Assembly: GCA_938004185.1 (NCBI GenBank)
Contig: CALKWN010000065.1
Location: forward strand, 315,111 to 379,110
Direction: 5' to 3'
DNA: 64,000 bases
From: an uncultured candidate division WWE3 bacterium
GTDB lineage: Bacteria; Patescibacteriota; WWE3; UBA101185; UBA10185
The notes beneath the pieces are model-generated. The model was not told the origin of the DNA, searched no databases, and was given only the letters and a program-made list of their open reading frames with translations. Made by a program: the position numbers and the translations under genes. Shown in pieces: positions 9,754-18,180 of the stretch (position 1 is its first letter; each line of letters begins with the position of its first letter).

Positions 9754-10653
9754 CTACATCTGTTGAAGACGTCTTATTCTTTCTTCTATAGGAGGGTGGG
9801 TTGAAAACCAACCCGAAACTTTTTTTTCAAAATTTTTAACGGGGCTTACGATAAATAAATGTGCGGTAGCGCCGTTGGCAGCTTCCAAAATATCGCTGTC
9901 TGATGCAAGTTTAGCTAAAGCATCCGCAAGTCCCTTCGGGTGTCTTGTTATGGATGCGGCTGTAGCATCAGCTAAGTATTCACGATTTCTGCTGATCGCG
10001 AGCTTAATCAATGTAGCAATAATAGGAGAAAGTATTAAAAATAATATTCCGATCAAAAATATTAACCCGCTTCCCGAGCCTGAGCTGGAATTCCTTCTTC
10101 TTGATCCGCCGTATAAAGCACCTCTTGTAAACCAATCCGAAATCAAAACTATTGTCCCGACCAGAATACTTACTATAGACATCAACCTTATATCGTAATT
10201 TCCTATATGAGACATTTCGTGGGCAATAACTCCCTCAAGCTCTCTTTTTTCAAGGCGCTGGAGTATGCCGGTTGTGAAACACACAACTGAATGGTTAGGA
10301 TCTCTTCCTGTAGCGAAAGCGTTCATTGAAGAATCTTGGATTATGTAAATTCGGGGTTTCGGTATTCCCGACGCTATGCTCATGTTTTCTACGAGTTTGT
10401 GTAAATCGGGGGCGTCCTCAAATTTTACTTCTCTGGCGTTAGAAATACTTAAAACGATTTTGTCAGAATTGTAATATGAAAAAACTCCCGACAACCCCGA
10501 AAAAATTAAAGCAAAACCCATAAGGGAAAATCCGCTGCCTTCAAAATAATACTCACCCAAAAACCATCCAATTGCTGAAATTACGGCAATAAAAAGCACA
10601 ATAATTACGGCTGTATCTCTTTTATTTTTACTTATCTGCTGGTACATGTTCAT
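9754..10653 (-). CDS. htpX: Zinc metalloprotease HtpX (M48 family)
   Basis: HEMSH zinc motif, multiple TM segments, C-terminal PPIEERIRRL. Start set at the MNMYQQ ATG, which abuts the upstream NUDIX stop. Confidence 0.8.
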   Translation of the reverse strand: MNMYQQISKNKRDTAVIIVLFIAVISAIGWFLGEYYFEGSGFSLMGFALIFSGLSGVFSYYNSDKIVLSISNAREVKFEDAPDLHKLVENMSIASGIPKPRIYIIQDSSMNAFATGRDPNHSVVCFTTGILQRLEKRELEGVIAHEMSHIGNYDIRLMSIVSILVGTIVLISDWFTRGALYGGSRRRNSSSGSGSGLIFLIGILFLILSPIIATLIKLAISRNREYLADATAASITRHPKGLADALAKLASDSDILEAANGATAHLFIVSPVKNFEKKVSGWFSTHPPIEERIRRLQQM

Positions 10654-11117
10654 ACACGATCTTTTTCTTCTTCCTTCCAGCCGAAACTGGAATACTTTAC
10701 ACCTTTTAGCATTTCGTCCATTCCGAATCGAACAATAGGAATAGTGTTTTCTGGGAGAGATTCTATATTGAACCATCCAATCTCATCACATTTTTCAGGC
10801 TCGGTGTTGTGGGGGGAACCTTCCCATTTCCTAACTTTGTAGTAAATAAAAACCCTATCCATATCTGAAATCCGAGAAGAAAGCTGCAAAAGATTACCGA
10901 ATTCTAAATCGTCCTCTAAGATCTTAACTCCAGCCTCTTCTGCTACTTCACGGCACAGAGCCTGCGTAAAAGATTCACCCTGCTCAGCATGGCCTGACAC
11001 AAAACCATACCAGCCGTCACGCCAACCAGTGTTTTTTCTTTTTTGAAGTAAAATCTTACCGTCCTTTTCAAAATATGCCAACACAGCAATTTTGAGCTGA
11101 ACTACGTGCTTATCCAT
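10650..11117 (-). CDS. NUDIX hydrolase
   Basis: Nudix box GHAEQGESFTQALCREVAEEAGV. Confidence 0.8.
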   Translation of the reverse strand: MDKHVVQLKIAVLAYFEKDGKILLQKRKNTGWRDGWYGFVSGHAEQGESFTQALCREVAEEAGVKILEDDLEFGNLLQLSSRISDMDRVFIYYKVRKWEGSPHNTEPEKCDEIGWFNIESLPENTIPIVRFGMDEMLKGVKYSSFGWKEEEKDRV

Positions 11118-11122
11118 TTTTC

Positions 11123-11674
11123 TTAGAACTGAACTTTAACCGGTTCTTTATCCGCTTCTTCGGTTTCAAAAAAAGCTTCTTGTTTAAAACCAAACATTCC
11201 TGCAATTAAATTTGACGGGAACGCGACAATTTTTTCGTTGTACTGCCTTACCACGCTGTTAAAAAACTGTCGTGAGTAAGCGACTTTATCTTCTGTATCG
11301 GAAAGTTCTTTCTGAAGATTAATAAAACCTTCCTGCGCTTTTAATTCGGGATAAGCTTCTGCTACGGCAAAAAGACTCTTAAGAGCTGAGGTTAACTGTA
11401 CATCAGCCTCACCTGCTGCTTTAGGATCACCGGCACTCATTAAAGCCGTACGGGCCTGAGTAACTTTCTCAAAAACTTCTTTCTCGTGCGATGCATATCC
11501 TTTTACCGATTCAACCAAATTAGGAATAAGGTCTATCCTTCTTTTCAGTTGAACATCTATTTGACTCCACGCTTCCTTAATTTTTACTCTAAGGGTAGCC
11601 AAAGAGTTATATACGGATACCAGGAAAGTTCCTGCAACCGCGATTATTGCCAAAATAATAATTTCCATAAACAC
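11123..11674 (-). CDS. lemA: LemA family protein
   Basis: N-terminal TM then the LemA-like conserved region. Often precedes htpX. Confidence 0.8.
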   Translation of the reverse strand: MFMEIIILAIIAVAGTFLVSVYNSLATLRVKIKEAWSQIDVQLKRRIDLIPNLVESVKGYASHEKEVFEKVTQARTALMSAGDPKAAGEADVQLTSALKSLFAVAEAYPELKAQEGFINLQKELSDTEDKVAYSRQFFNSVVRQYNEKIVAFPSNLIAGMFGFKQEAFFETEEADKEPVKVQF

Positions 11675-11722
11675 CTCCTAAAATAATTAACTGCGTATAT
11701 TATATATGTTTTGGGGAATATT

Positions 11723-13480
11723 TCACTTAAGCCTAAGGTTTGCTTCTTTTACAAAATCTTCAAAATCCAGAGTATTCACGATATCTTGTTTCTCCGCCCA
11801 ACCTCTTCGAGCGTTGTAAATACCGTACCTTAGATAATTGAATTGTTCGGTAGAATGTGCGTCGGCATTTATTATCATCTTCACTCCCCATTGTTTTGCT
11901 TCTTTAACTAAGTCGTCTGTGAGATCCAGACGGTTCGGCTGAGAATTAATTTCTAAAATTTTATTGTTATCGCGCGCCGCCAAAAACACCTTGTTCCAAT
12001 CGGGATCTGCGGGATCGCGCCCGTTTATAATCCTTCCTGACGGATGCCCGATTATGTTGATATAAGGGTTTTCCAGTGCTGCTGTAAGGCGATCCGTCAA
12101 CTGCTCCTTGTCCTGATCAAAAGAGGTATGAATAGAAGCGACAGCGTAATCTAGCTCAGAAAGAATATCATCAGGCAATCCAAGAGTGGCGTCGGCTAAT
12201 ATATTAACCTCGTAGCCGAAAAAGACCTTAATAATATCCTGCTTCGAATTTATTTTATTTATAACCTCTCTTTTCTTTTTAATAATATCCGATACTTCTT
12301 TATATCCTCTGGAAGTTACACTTGGAGCATGATCTGAAATTCCAAGATACTTATAACCCATTGAGATTGCCGCTTCCACCATCTCCTCAATAGTGTTAAC
12401 TCCGTCAGAATCAACTGTGTGGCAGTGCACGTCACCTTTTATATCTTCTAAAGTTATTAACTCAGGCAAAGAATATGAAACCGCAGCTTCTATTTCATTA
12501 GACCCGTTTCTAAGTTCAGGCTCAATGTATGGTAGTCCTATAAATTTGTAAAAAGACGGTTCATCTTTAAATTCGTAAAGTTTTTCTCCTTTTTTTATAC
12601 CGTATTCAGACAAAGACATCTTTTTAGAGAGTGAGAAGTTTCTTAAAATAATGTTATGCTGTTTCGAGCCGGTAAAGTATTGGAGCATGGCACCGTAAGC
12701 TTCGGGAGTTGAAACTCTCAAATCCACTTGTAAATCGTTTTTGAGAACAACACTACATTTTTTATCACCTTGAGCTAAAACATCGGATATCTCGGGAAAT
12801 GCCATAAAATGTTTGATTACTTTTTCTGCATTTGTTGTTGCTACGGGTAAATCAATGTCACCGACTGTGGCGTTTTTACGCCTAAAAGATCCGGCCGCCT
12901 CCATGTGGGTAATACAATCGAGCGTATTCATGTAATCGTAGATTCTCTCAACAACCTCCTCAGCTTTCGAATACAACAACCTCTCCTTTTCATTTTTCGT
13001 CATTTTCAACTGGCTTATAGCTTCTAAAATATCTGATTCGGATTTTTCGCCAAAGCCTTCAAGATTTCTTATCTCACCTTTTTCAGCGTGCTCTTTAAGT
13101 TTTTCTACGGCCGTTTCACGTTTATTTAATTTAAAGGCCGCCGAAAGTTTAAACGCTTTCCTTGCACCTATTCCCCTGATACCTATTAATTCGAACATTC
13201 CGTCTGGAAGGTCCTTTTTTATCTCGTGAAATTCTTTTACAGAGCCGGTGGTGAAAAGTTCATCCAGGTGTGAATAAATTCCTGCACCTATGCCGGGAAT
13301 TTCTTTTAGTCGTTTATTTTCCCAAAGATCGTAAATTGAAACCGTGAGGTTGTCTAAAATCGAAATTGCGTTTTGATAGGCTCTGACACGGAAAGTGTTG
13401 AAATTTTTAACATCCATTGCGGCGAGAACTTCCTTAAGCTGTAAAATAACCTCTTTGTTGGGAATTCGCCTGTCTTTCAT
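11723..13480 (-). CDS. Family X DNA polymerase with a C-terminal PHP phosphoesterase domain (PolX)
   Basis: N-terminal HhH/pol-beta-like region (GIGARKA, nucleotidyltransferase GDID). C-terminal PHP His motifs (HCHT, SDH). Confidence 0.85.
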   Translation of the reverse strand: MKDRRIPNKEVILQLKEVLAAMDVKNFNTFRVRAYQNAISILDNLTVSIYDLWENKRLKEIPGIGAGIYSHLDELFTTGSVKEFHEIKKDLPDGMFELIGIRGIGARKAFKLSAAFKLNKRETAVEKLKEHAEKGEIRNLEGFGEKSESDILEAISQLKMTKNEKERLLYSKAEEVVERIYDYMNTLDCITHMEAAGSFRRKNATVGDIDLPVATTNAEKVIKHFMAFPEISDVLAQGDKKCSVVLKNDLQVDLRVSTPEAYGAMLQYFTGSKQHNIILRNFSLSKKMSLSEYGIKKGEKLYEFKDEPSFYKFIGLPYIEPELRNGSNEIEAAVSYSLPELITLEDIKGDVHCHTVDSDGVNTIEEMVEAAISMGYKYLGISDHAPSVTSRGYKEVSDIIKKKREVINKINSKQDIIKVFFGYEVNILADATLGLPDDILSELDYAVASIHTSFDQDKEQLTDRLTAALENPYINIIGHPSGRIINGRDPADPDWNKVFLAARDNNKILEINSQPNRLDLTDDLVKEAKQWGVKMIINADAHSTEQFNYLRYGIYNARRGWAEKQDIVNTLDFEDFVKEANLRLK

Positions 13481-13497
13481 AATATCTATGATAGCAG

Positions 13498-13546
13498 AAA
13501 AAAATGCGGTTCCAGAAGCTTAGTTGTACAGCTTAAGAAACCGCAG
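13498..13546 (-). terminator. Intrinsic terminator after ORF 13556..13837
   Basis: Minus-strand RNA: CUGCGGUUUCUUAAGCUGUACAACUAAGCUUCUGGAACCGCA followed by U7. Confidence 0.55.
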
Positions 13547-13555
13547 GTATAAAAA

Positions 13556-13837
13556 TTACGCAACTTGTTTACCTACTTTGATGTGCATTGTTGATCCTAT
13601 ATGTCTCTCCAGAAAAACATAACTCGGTCTTCCTTTCATGGCTGCACATATTTCTTCAACAAGCCAAAGAGGCATTTGATTGAGATTCCCCAAATCGTAG
13701 GAATACTCATTTATGTCGGAAGGGATGTGGGTTTTATTGTCCGTATCTTTACAACACTCCACCATGAAACCCTTAGCTCCCTGCTCTCGCATAAGCTTTT
13801 CCATTTCCTTAACCGGATTAACACGAAAAAACGACAT
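13556..13837 (-). CDS. Hypothetical protein (93 aa)
   Basis: Good RBS (AAAAGGAGGG, 5-nt spacer). Own terminator. No family recognised. Confidence 0.5.
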   Translation of the reverse strand: MSFFRVNPVKEMEKLMREQGAKGFMVECCKDTDNKTHIPSDINEYSYDLGNLNQMPLWLVEEICAAMKGRPSYVFLERHIGSTMHIKVGKQVA

Positions 13838-13912
13838 AGTACCCTCCTTTTATTATTTTAGGGGATTTTATCACCGACCGGCGTTTTTAACAAAAAAAAT
13901 ACCCGAATTTAT

Positions 13913-13940
13913 TGACCTCACAACAACAAATTGCTAGTAT
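13913..13940 (+). promoter_or_regulatory. Sigma70-like promoter for tRNA-Asp (TTGACC -16- TAGTAT)
   Basis: Hexamers about 14 nt upstream of the mature tRNA 5' end. Confidence 0.4.
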
Positions 13941-13954
13941 AACACCAGCATTAT

Positions 13955-14031
13955 GGGGTCGTAGCTCAGTCGGTTAGAGCGCCGCACTGTCACTGCGGAG
14001 GCCGCGGGTTCGAGTCCCGTCGATCCCGCCA
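13955..14031 (+). tRNA. tRNA-Asp (anticodon GTC), CCA encoded
   Basis: Hand-folded cloverleaf: acceptor GGGGTCG/CGATCCC, anticodon loop CTGTCAC, T-loop TTCGAGT, discriminator G. Confidence 0.9.
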
Positions 14032-14071
14032 TGTATAAATGTTTTCTGCCCCCGAATCAGGAGGTTTTTTA

Positions 14072-14542
14072 ATGTCCACAAACAAACAGGAAAGTACAAA
14101 TGAGAGAGACGGTTTAGCCTTAATTATTGGGGGGCTATTTATAGTAGCATTGGTTTTTGCCGCTTATAACTATTTCAATAAAAGTTCTGAAGAGTTCGAC
14201 AGGGCTCAAAACGATAACGTATTTCAGGAAGAAAATGGTACAGGAGGGGAAGAAATGCAGGGTGATTTAAACGGAGATGCTGTTACAGACTCAAACGTTA
14301 CTTCAGAAACACCCTCATTCATTGCGGCAGAGTGGGTTGCCAACAACTACAACGAAGGCGACATTCAGGGAACATCGTACACCGTAGTTTCGGGCGACAC
14401 CCTTTGGGAAATAGCTGAAGGAGCTTATGGCGACGGAACTCAGTGGACAAAAATACTGGAGGCAAATAAAGCTGACGTAGGGTTTTTAGTGAACGGTCAG
14501 CAAGCACTTATCGTACCCGGACAGGTTTTAGTACTGCCCTAA
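14072..14542 (+). CDS. LysM domain-containing membrane protein
   Basis: AGGAGG RBS 8 nt before the ATG at 14072. N-terminal TM. C-terminal LysM (YTVVSGDTLWEIA...WTKILEAN). Confidence 0.75.
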   Translation: MSTNKQESTNERDGLALIIGGLFIVALVFAAYNYFNKSSEEFDRAQNDNVFQEENGTGGEEMQGDLNGDAVTDSNVTSETPSFIAAEWVANNYNEGDIQGTSYTVVSGDTLWEIAEGAYGDGTQWTKILEANKADVGFLVNGQQALIVPGQVLVLP

Positions 14543-14569
14543 TTTCGATTCATTTGCAAAAAAAGAAAA

Positions 14570-14596
14570 CGCTCCCTACGGGGAGTGTTTTTTATT
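14570..14596 (+). terminator. Intrinsic terminator after the LysM gene
   Basis: CGCUCCC-UACG-GGGAGUG hairpin (UNCG tetraloop) followed by U6AUU. Confidence 0.6.
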
Positions 14597-14627
14597 GTCT
14601 TTCGTACTGATATAATCGTGAAGTATT

Positions 14628-14702
14628 GCGGGTGTAGCTTAGTGGTAAAGCGTCTGCTTCCCAAGCAGAAGACCGCGGGTTCGAGCCCCGTCACCCGCTC
14701 CA
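14628..14702 (+). tRNA. tRNA-Gly (anticodon CCC), CCA encoded
   Basis: Hand-folded cloverleaf: acceptor GCGGGTG/CACCCGC, anticodon loop TTCCCAA, discriminator U. TATAAT at 14611-14616 upstream. Confidence 0.9.
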
Positions 14703-14852
14703 GAAAGGTGGTGTGAGCACCGCAAGGTGCTTAGCAGCTTTCTGGGATGGCGGGGCGAGAATGCCGGAAGGAGCATTAGCGACTGAGGCGGGGTCTCGAG
14801 CTTTACAGATTGTTTGAGCGTTAGCGAAATACAATGTGTTAAGACTTGTGAC

Positions 14853-14873
14853 CGAGCCCCGTCACCCGCTCCA
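14853..14873 (+). repeat. 21-bp exact direct repeat of the tRNA-Gly 3' end (copy of 14682..14702), att-site-like
   Basis: CGAGCCCCGTCACCCGCTCCA occurs at 14682-14702 (T-arm/acceptor/CCA of tRNA-Gly) and again at 14853-14873. The 150-bp spacer contains a GAGCACC-GCAA-GGUGCUU GNRA hairpin. Confidence 0.7.
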
Positions 14874-14983
14874 AATAGACTAACAGAATCCTTTATCCTA
14901 ACAACATGCCTGAGCTGACGACAGTGACTAACTAAAGAGGATACAACCCATCGTGCACTGACCACAAACTTTGCTTAATTTGT

Positions 14984-15385
14984 TTAACACATATTATTTT
15001 TTGCTGACTTTTGTAAATAATTTATGTAATCTTCCTTTTTCTCATGCTCCATCGAATTTGCCTCGGGGTGCTTCAAGTGAGTAATTTCGTGCTCTATAGT
15101 ACCCACCAAACCGCCTGGTGCCCTATGAATATCTATGGGGCATATAGAAATACAGCTATCCTCGGGGTGATACATACCCCAAGGGCCGAAAGATCTTATG
15201 TAACATTCAACGTCTCCTTTAATTTCTGGAAACCCTTCTGCTACTATTTCTAAAACCTTTTTTTTGTTCTCCTCAGTGGGTTCGAAATAAACAATGTTAC
15301 GCTGTGCACAGAAATCTTTTAACCCTGGGAGAAAATTACTCATAAGGTTACTATTAACTTTTTCTGAGTATATTATTTTTACCAT
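14984..15385 (-). CDS. Small HExxH zinc-metallopeptidase-like protein (133 aa)
   Basis: HEITHLKH motif preceded by a conserved-looking stretch (WGMYHPEDSC...). No SD at the annotated start, so the start is uncertain. Confidence 0.5.
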   Translation of the reverse strand: MVKIIYSEKVNSNLMSNFLPGLKDFCAQRNIVYFEPTEENKKKVLEIVAEGFPEIKGDVECYIRSFGPWGMYHPEDSCISICPIDIHRAPGGLVGTIEHEITHLKHPEANSMEHEKKEDYINYLQKSAKNNMC

Positions 15386-15417
15386 TCTTTAATTTTACTA
15401 TGTACAGAAAAACTAAA

Positions 15418-15462
15418 GAATGGGAGGGAAAGAAGTTTTTTTAAACTTTTTCCCTCCGATGT
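15418..15462 (-). other. Long A/U-rich hairpin with GGAGGG/CCCUCC ends in the 5' region of the HExxH gene (terminator or attenuator candidate)
   Basis: Minus-strand RNA: GGAGGGAAAAAGUUU-AAAAAAA-CUUCUUUCCCUCC followed by a U-rich stretch. It lies 175 nt downstream of the EamA stop and 33 nt upstream of the HExxH ATG. Confidence 0.3.
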
Positions 15463-15634
15463 ACTACTTGATGTCCGATCGAGTCTATTAATCTCGGCAA
15501 TTGCAGTAGCAGTTACAAATGAATTTAATTTAAAGATCTGGGTGTTGAGTTAATGGTATCCGTGTTATTTTTCATTTCTTGGCAGATAGTAATGTAAAAC
15601 AAACTTCTCCAAGCTACCCCATGCCTGGAATTAG

Positions 15635-16051
15635 CTAAAAAGCAATCAAAATAGCACCGGCAGTCATCAAAACACTTCCCAAAACTACGTGCAATGTAAT
15701 CTTTTCACTTAAAAACAATGCTCCGAACAAAACCGCTAAAACAAGACTTAATTTATCTATAGGAACAACCTTTGAAACACTTCCAAGCTGTAAAGCTCTA
15801 AAATAGAAAAGCCAAGAAATACCTGTGGTTAATCCGGATAAAATTAAAAATATTAAAGTATGTTTAGAAACAGTAGAAAGATTGCGAAAAGTACCCTGAA
15901 AAAACACTATTCCCCAAGCAAATAAAGTTATAACGATAGTTCTAATTGCTGTAGCCAGATTGGAGTTGATGTTTGTAACACCGATTTTTGCCAAAATTGC
16001 GGTTATAGCAGCAAATAGTGCGGATAAAAGAGCAAATATAAACCACGTCAT
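15635..16051 (-). CDS. EamA/DMT-superfamily small membrane transporter-like protein (4 TM, 138 aa)
   Basis: Four hydrophobic helices. C-terminal half resembles EamA-domain proteins. Confidence 0.65.
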   Translation of the reverse strand: MTWFIFALLSALFAAITAILAKIGVTNINSNLATAIRTIVITLFAWGIVFFQGTFRNLSTVSKHTLIFLILSGLTTGISWLFYFRALQLGSVSKVVPIDKLSLVLAVLFGALFLSEKITLHVVLGSVLMTAGAILIAF

Positions 16052-16096
16052 ACAAATATTCTATCACTACACATATCTGGTAGAATAGTTTAACCG

Positions 16097-16172
16097 GCCG
16101 GTATAGCTCAGCTGGCAGAGCAGTCCCTTCGTAAGGGAAAGATCACAGGTTCGAATCCTGTTACCGGCTCCA
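16097..16172 (+). tRNA. tRNA-Thr (anticodon CGT), CCA encoded
   Basis: Hand-folded cloverleaf: acceptor GCCGGTA/TACCGGC, anticodon loop TTCGTAA, T-loop TTCGAAT. Extended -10 TGgTAGAAT at 16078-16086 upstream. Confidence 0.9.
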
Positions 16173-16189
16173 TTTAAACTCAGCCAAAC

Positions 16190-16218
16190 TAGACAAATCT
16201 TGTACTATAGGGTATAAT
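16190..16218 (+). promoter_or_regulatory. Sigma70-like promoter (TAGACA -17- TATAAT) for the small ORF/galU transcript
   Basis: Near-consensus hexamers with a 17-nt spacer, followed by AGGAGG and an ATG. Confidence 0.45.
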
Positions 16219-16246
16219 TCACCTATTCCAAAATTAGGAGGTTACA

Positions 16247-16462
16247 ATGAAATTTTTCTGGTGGTTGCTTTCCCTGGTGGTTGTGGTTTTTTTGTCATGG
16301 ACGCTTTTAAGCTCGGGTAATACTAGCGATTTGTCCATTTTTATCGGATTGCCGATAATTTGGGCTTTTTATCTAGTCTATACTTTCGGAATCATATTTT
16401 CCAAAAAAGAAAAACCCGAAGTAATCCAAATGGCAAAACCGATGAAACCTAAAAAAAAGTAA
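16247..16462 (+). CDS. Small membrane protein (71 aa, 2 TM, Lys-rich tail)
   Basis: Strong RBS AGGAGG 5 nt upstream. Two hydrophobic helices. Confidence 0.5.
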   Translation: MKFFWWLLSLVVVVFLSWTLLSSGNTSDLSIFIGLPIIWAFYLVYTFGIIFSKKEKPEVIQMAKPMKPKKK

Positions 16463-16472
16463 CCAAAACCCG

Positions 16473-16527
16473 GAGCAGACAAGTCCCCGCTGTAAATAAA
16501 CACAGCGCACTTCTCTGCTCTTTTTTT
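16473..16527 (+). terminator. Nested hairpin + U7 between the small ORF and galU (terminator/attenuator)
   Basis: GAGCAGA...UCUGCUC outer stem enclosing CGCUGU-aaauaaa-ACAGCG, followed by UUUUUUU. Confidence 0.45.
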
Positions 16528-16540
16528 GTGCTAAAATTTA

Positions 16541-17440
16541 ATGTATATGAAACAATACTCCAAAGTAAAAAAGGCCGTTATTGCAGCTGCAGGTTACGGC
16601 ACTAGATTTCTTCCGGCGACAAAAAACCAACCGAAAGAAATGCTCCCGATAATAGACAAACCCATTATTCACTATCTTGTTGAAGAAGCCGTAAATTCGG
16701 GAATTGAAGAGATAATACTGGTGACAAGAGCAGGTAACCACATAATGGAAGATTACTTTGATAACAGATCCGAGCTTGAAACATCTCTAGAAAAAAACGG
16801 CAAACTCAAATATCTAGAAATAGTGCAATCCATTCCTCAAATGGCTAATTTTGTTTATGTCAGACAAAAAAATCACCTTCCCTACGGAAACGGCTCACCA
16901 TTAATAACAGTAAAAGAATTAATAGACGACAACGAAGCCTTCGTTTACATGTTCGGTGACGACCTTACCCTATCAAAAACGCCGGTAACCAAGCAACTCA
17001 TAGATGTTTACCACGAGCAAAACGCCACTGCGGTACTAGCAGTACAGGAAGTACCTTGGTCTGAAGTAGACAGGTACGCCACAATAAAATACAAAGAAAA
17101 TGCTCCCTATGAATTTACTATGGAAAAGGGCTTTGAAAAACTTCCAAAAGATCGGGCACCGTCAAACAAAGTTCAGTTCGGGCGTTTTGTCTTTTCCTAC
17201 GCAGTTATAGAAGAAGCCCTAAACACTCCTACAGGTAAGGACGACGAGCTTTGGCTCATAGACATCCTTAACAGGCTTGCCGAATCTGGAAAAAATGTCA
17301 TTGCCCAGCCTATAGAGGGGGAATGGCTTACGACCGGCGACCCATTAAGATATCTTAAGACTACCCTAAAATTCGCGATGGAAAGAGACGATTTGAGAGA
17401 TGACCTGAAATCGTTTATAAAAGAAGAAATAATAAAGTAA
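16541..17440 (+). CDS. galU: UTP--glucose-1-phosphate uridylyltransferase
   Basis: N-terminal AAAGYGTRFLPATKNQPKEMLPI nucleotidyl-transferase motif. ~300 aa. Confidence 0.85.
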   Translation: MYMKQYSKVKKAVIAAAGYGTRFLPATKNQPKEMLPIIDKPIIHYLVEEAVNSGIEEIILVTRAGNHIMEDYFDNRSELETSLEKNGKLKYLEIVQSIPQMANFVYVRQKNHLPYGNGSPLITVKELIDDNEAFVYMFGDDLTLSKTPVTKQLIDVYHEQNATAVLAVQEVPWSEVDRYATIKYKENAPYEFTMEKGFEKLPKDRAPSNKVQFGRFVFSYAVIEEALNTPTGKDDELWLIDILNRLAESGKNVIAQPIEGEWLTTGDPLRYLKTTLKFAMERDDLRDDLKSFIKEEIIK

Positions 17441-17442
17441 AT

Positions 17443-18180
17443 ATGGCAAAACCCAAATATAAATACAGAGGAAGAAGATACGGACAAAGCGAAGAAGAAC
17501 TGTCAAAGAAATTTATCAAAACGATGACGGCTATAATTGCTATATTTATCTTCGTTATCCTTTCTTTATTTGTGTTCGCGCCTTTCTTCGGATCGGCTTT
17601 CGGTTTGCTATCTAAAAACCGAAATAAAGATGACGGGGTGATAACTGTCAGGGTCAGGCCTCCGACGCTTTCCAATGTCCCGAATTCTACTAAAGAAAAT
17701 AAAGTGGATTTGACAGGCTTTGCGAACGAAGGTGAGACAATAAAGCTATTTGTAAACGGCCCCGAAGTTGCTCAAACAACCACCGGATCCGATGGAATTT
17801 TCAATTTTGCTGCAATTGAACTAATTAATGGTAGAAACACGGTATTTGCAAAAGCCATTAACCAGAAAAACGAAGAAAGCGGGCCAAGTGAGGTTTATAC
17901 GATAATTGTAGATACGGAAAATCCTGAAATAGAAGTAGTATCTCCTGAAGACGGTGATACCGTGCGAAACCTCGATAGAAGAATAACAATCACCGGAAAA
18001 ATAAATGAGAAAGCAACGATAAAGATAAACGACAGAATAGTAGCCCAAAAACCTGATCTTTCCTTTGAATACACTCTCGGAGTAAAGTCAGGGGAAGTTG
18101 AAATAAAAATCGTTGCAACTGATGAAGCCGGAAATTCATCAGAAGAAGAATTAAAAGTCAGATATCAAGAGTCGAGCTGA
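17443..18180 (+). CDS. Membrane-anchored extracellular protein with Ig-like beta-sandwich repeats
   Basis: N-terminal TM after a basic start, then beta-rich segments (ITVRVRPPT.., TIKLFVNGPEV.., ITITGKINEKATIKIND.., VEIKIVATDEAGN). Confidence 0.55.
   Translation: MAKPKYKYRGRRYGQSEEELSKKFIKTMTAIIAIFIFVILSLFVFAPFFGSAFGLLSKNRNKDDGVITVRVRPPTLSNVPNSTKENKVDLTGFANEGETIKLFVNGPEVAQTTTGSDGIFNFAAIELINGRNTVFAKAINQKNEESGPSEVYTIIVDTENPEIEVVSPEDGDTVRNLDRRITITGKINEKATIKINDRIVAQKPDLSFEYTLGVKSGEVEIKIVATDEAGNSSEEELKVRYQESS

Noticed and set aside
9763-9772. Perfect 10-bp palindrome AAGACGTCTT near the htpX 3' end
   Set aside because: It lies inside the htpX coding sequence (the PPIEERIRRL region), is short, and has no flanking regulatory context. 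Probably coincidental.
14703-14852. Possible small SRP (4.5S) RNA in the spacer after tRNA-Gly, because of a CCGGAAGGAGC GNRA hairpin resembling SRP domain IV
   Set aside because: There is no long-range 5'/3' pairing to close an SRP hairpin. The flanks are direct repeats (GGCGGGGCGAG / GGCGGGGUCUCGAG), not inverted. The resemblance is limited to a GGAA tetraloop.
14639-14965. 108-aa minus-strand ORF overlapping tRNA-Gly and the downstream repeat
   Set aside because: It overlaps a confidently folded tRNA and the att-like repeat. Its G/R/S-rich translation is typical of reading an RNA gene antisense.
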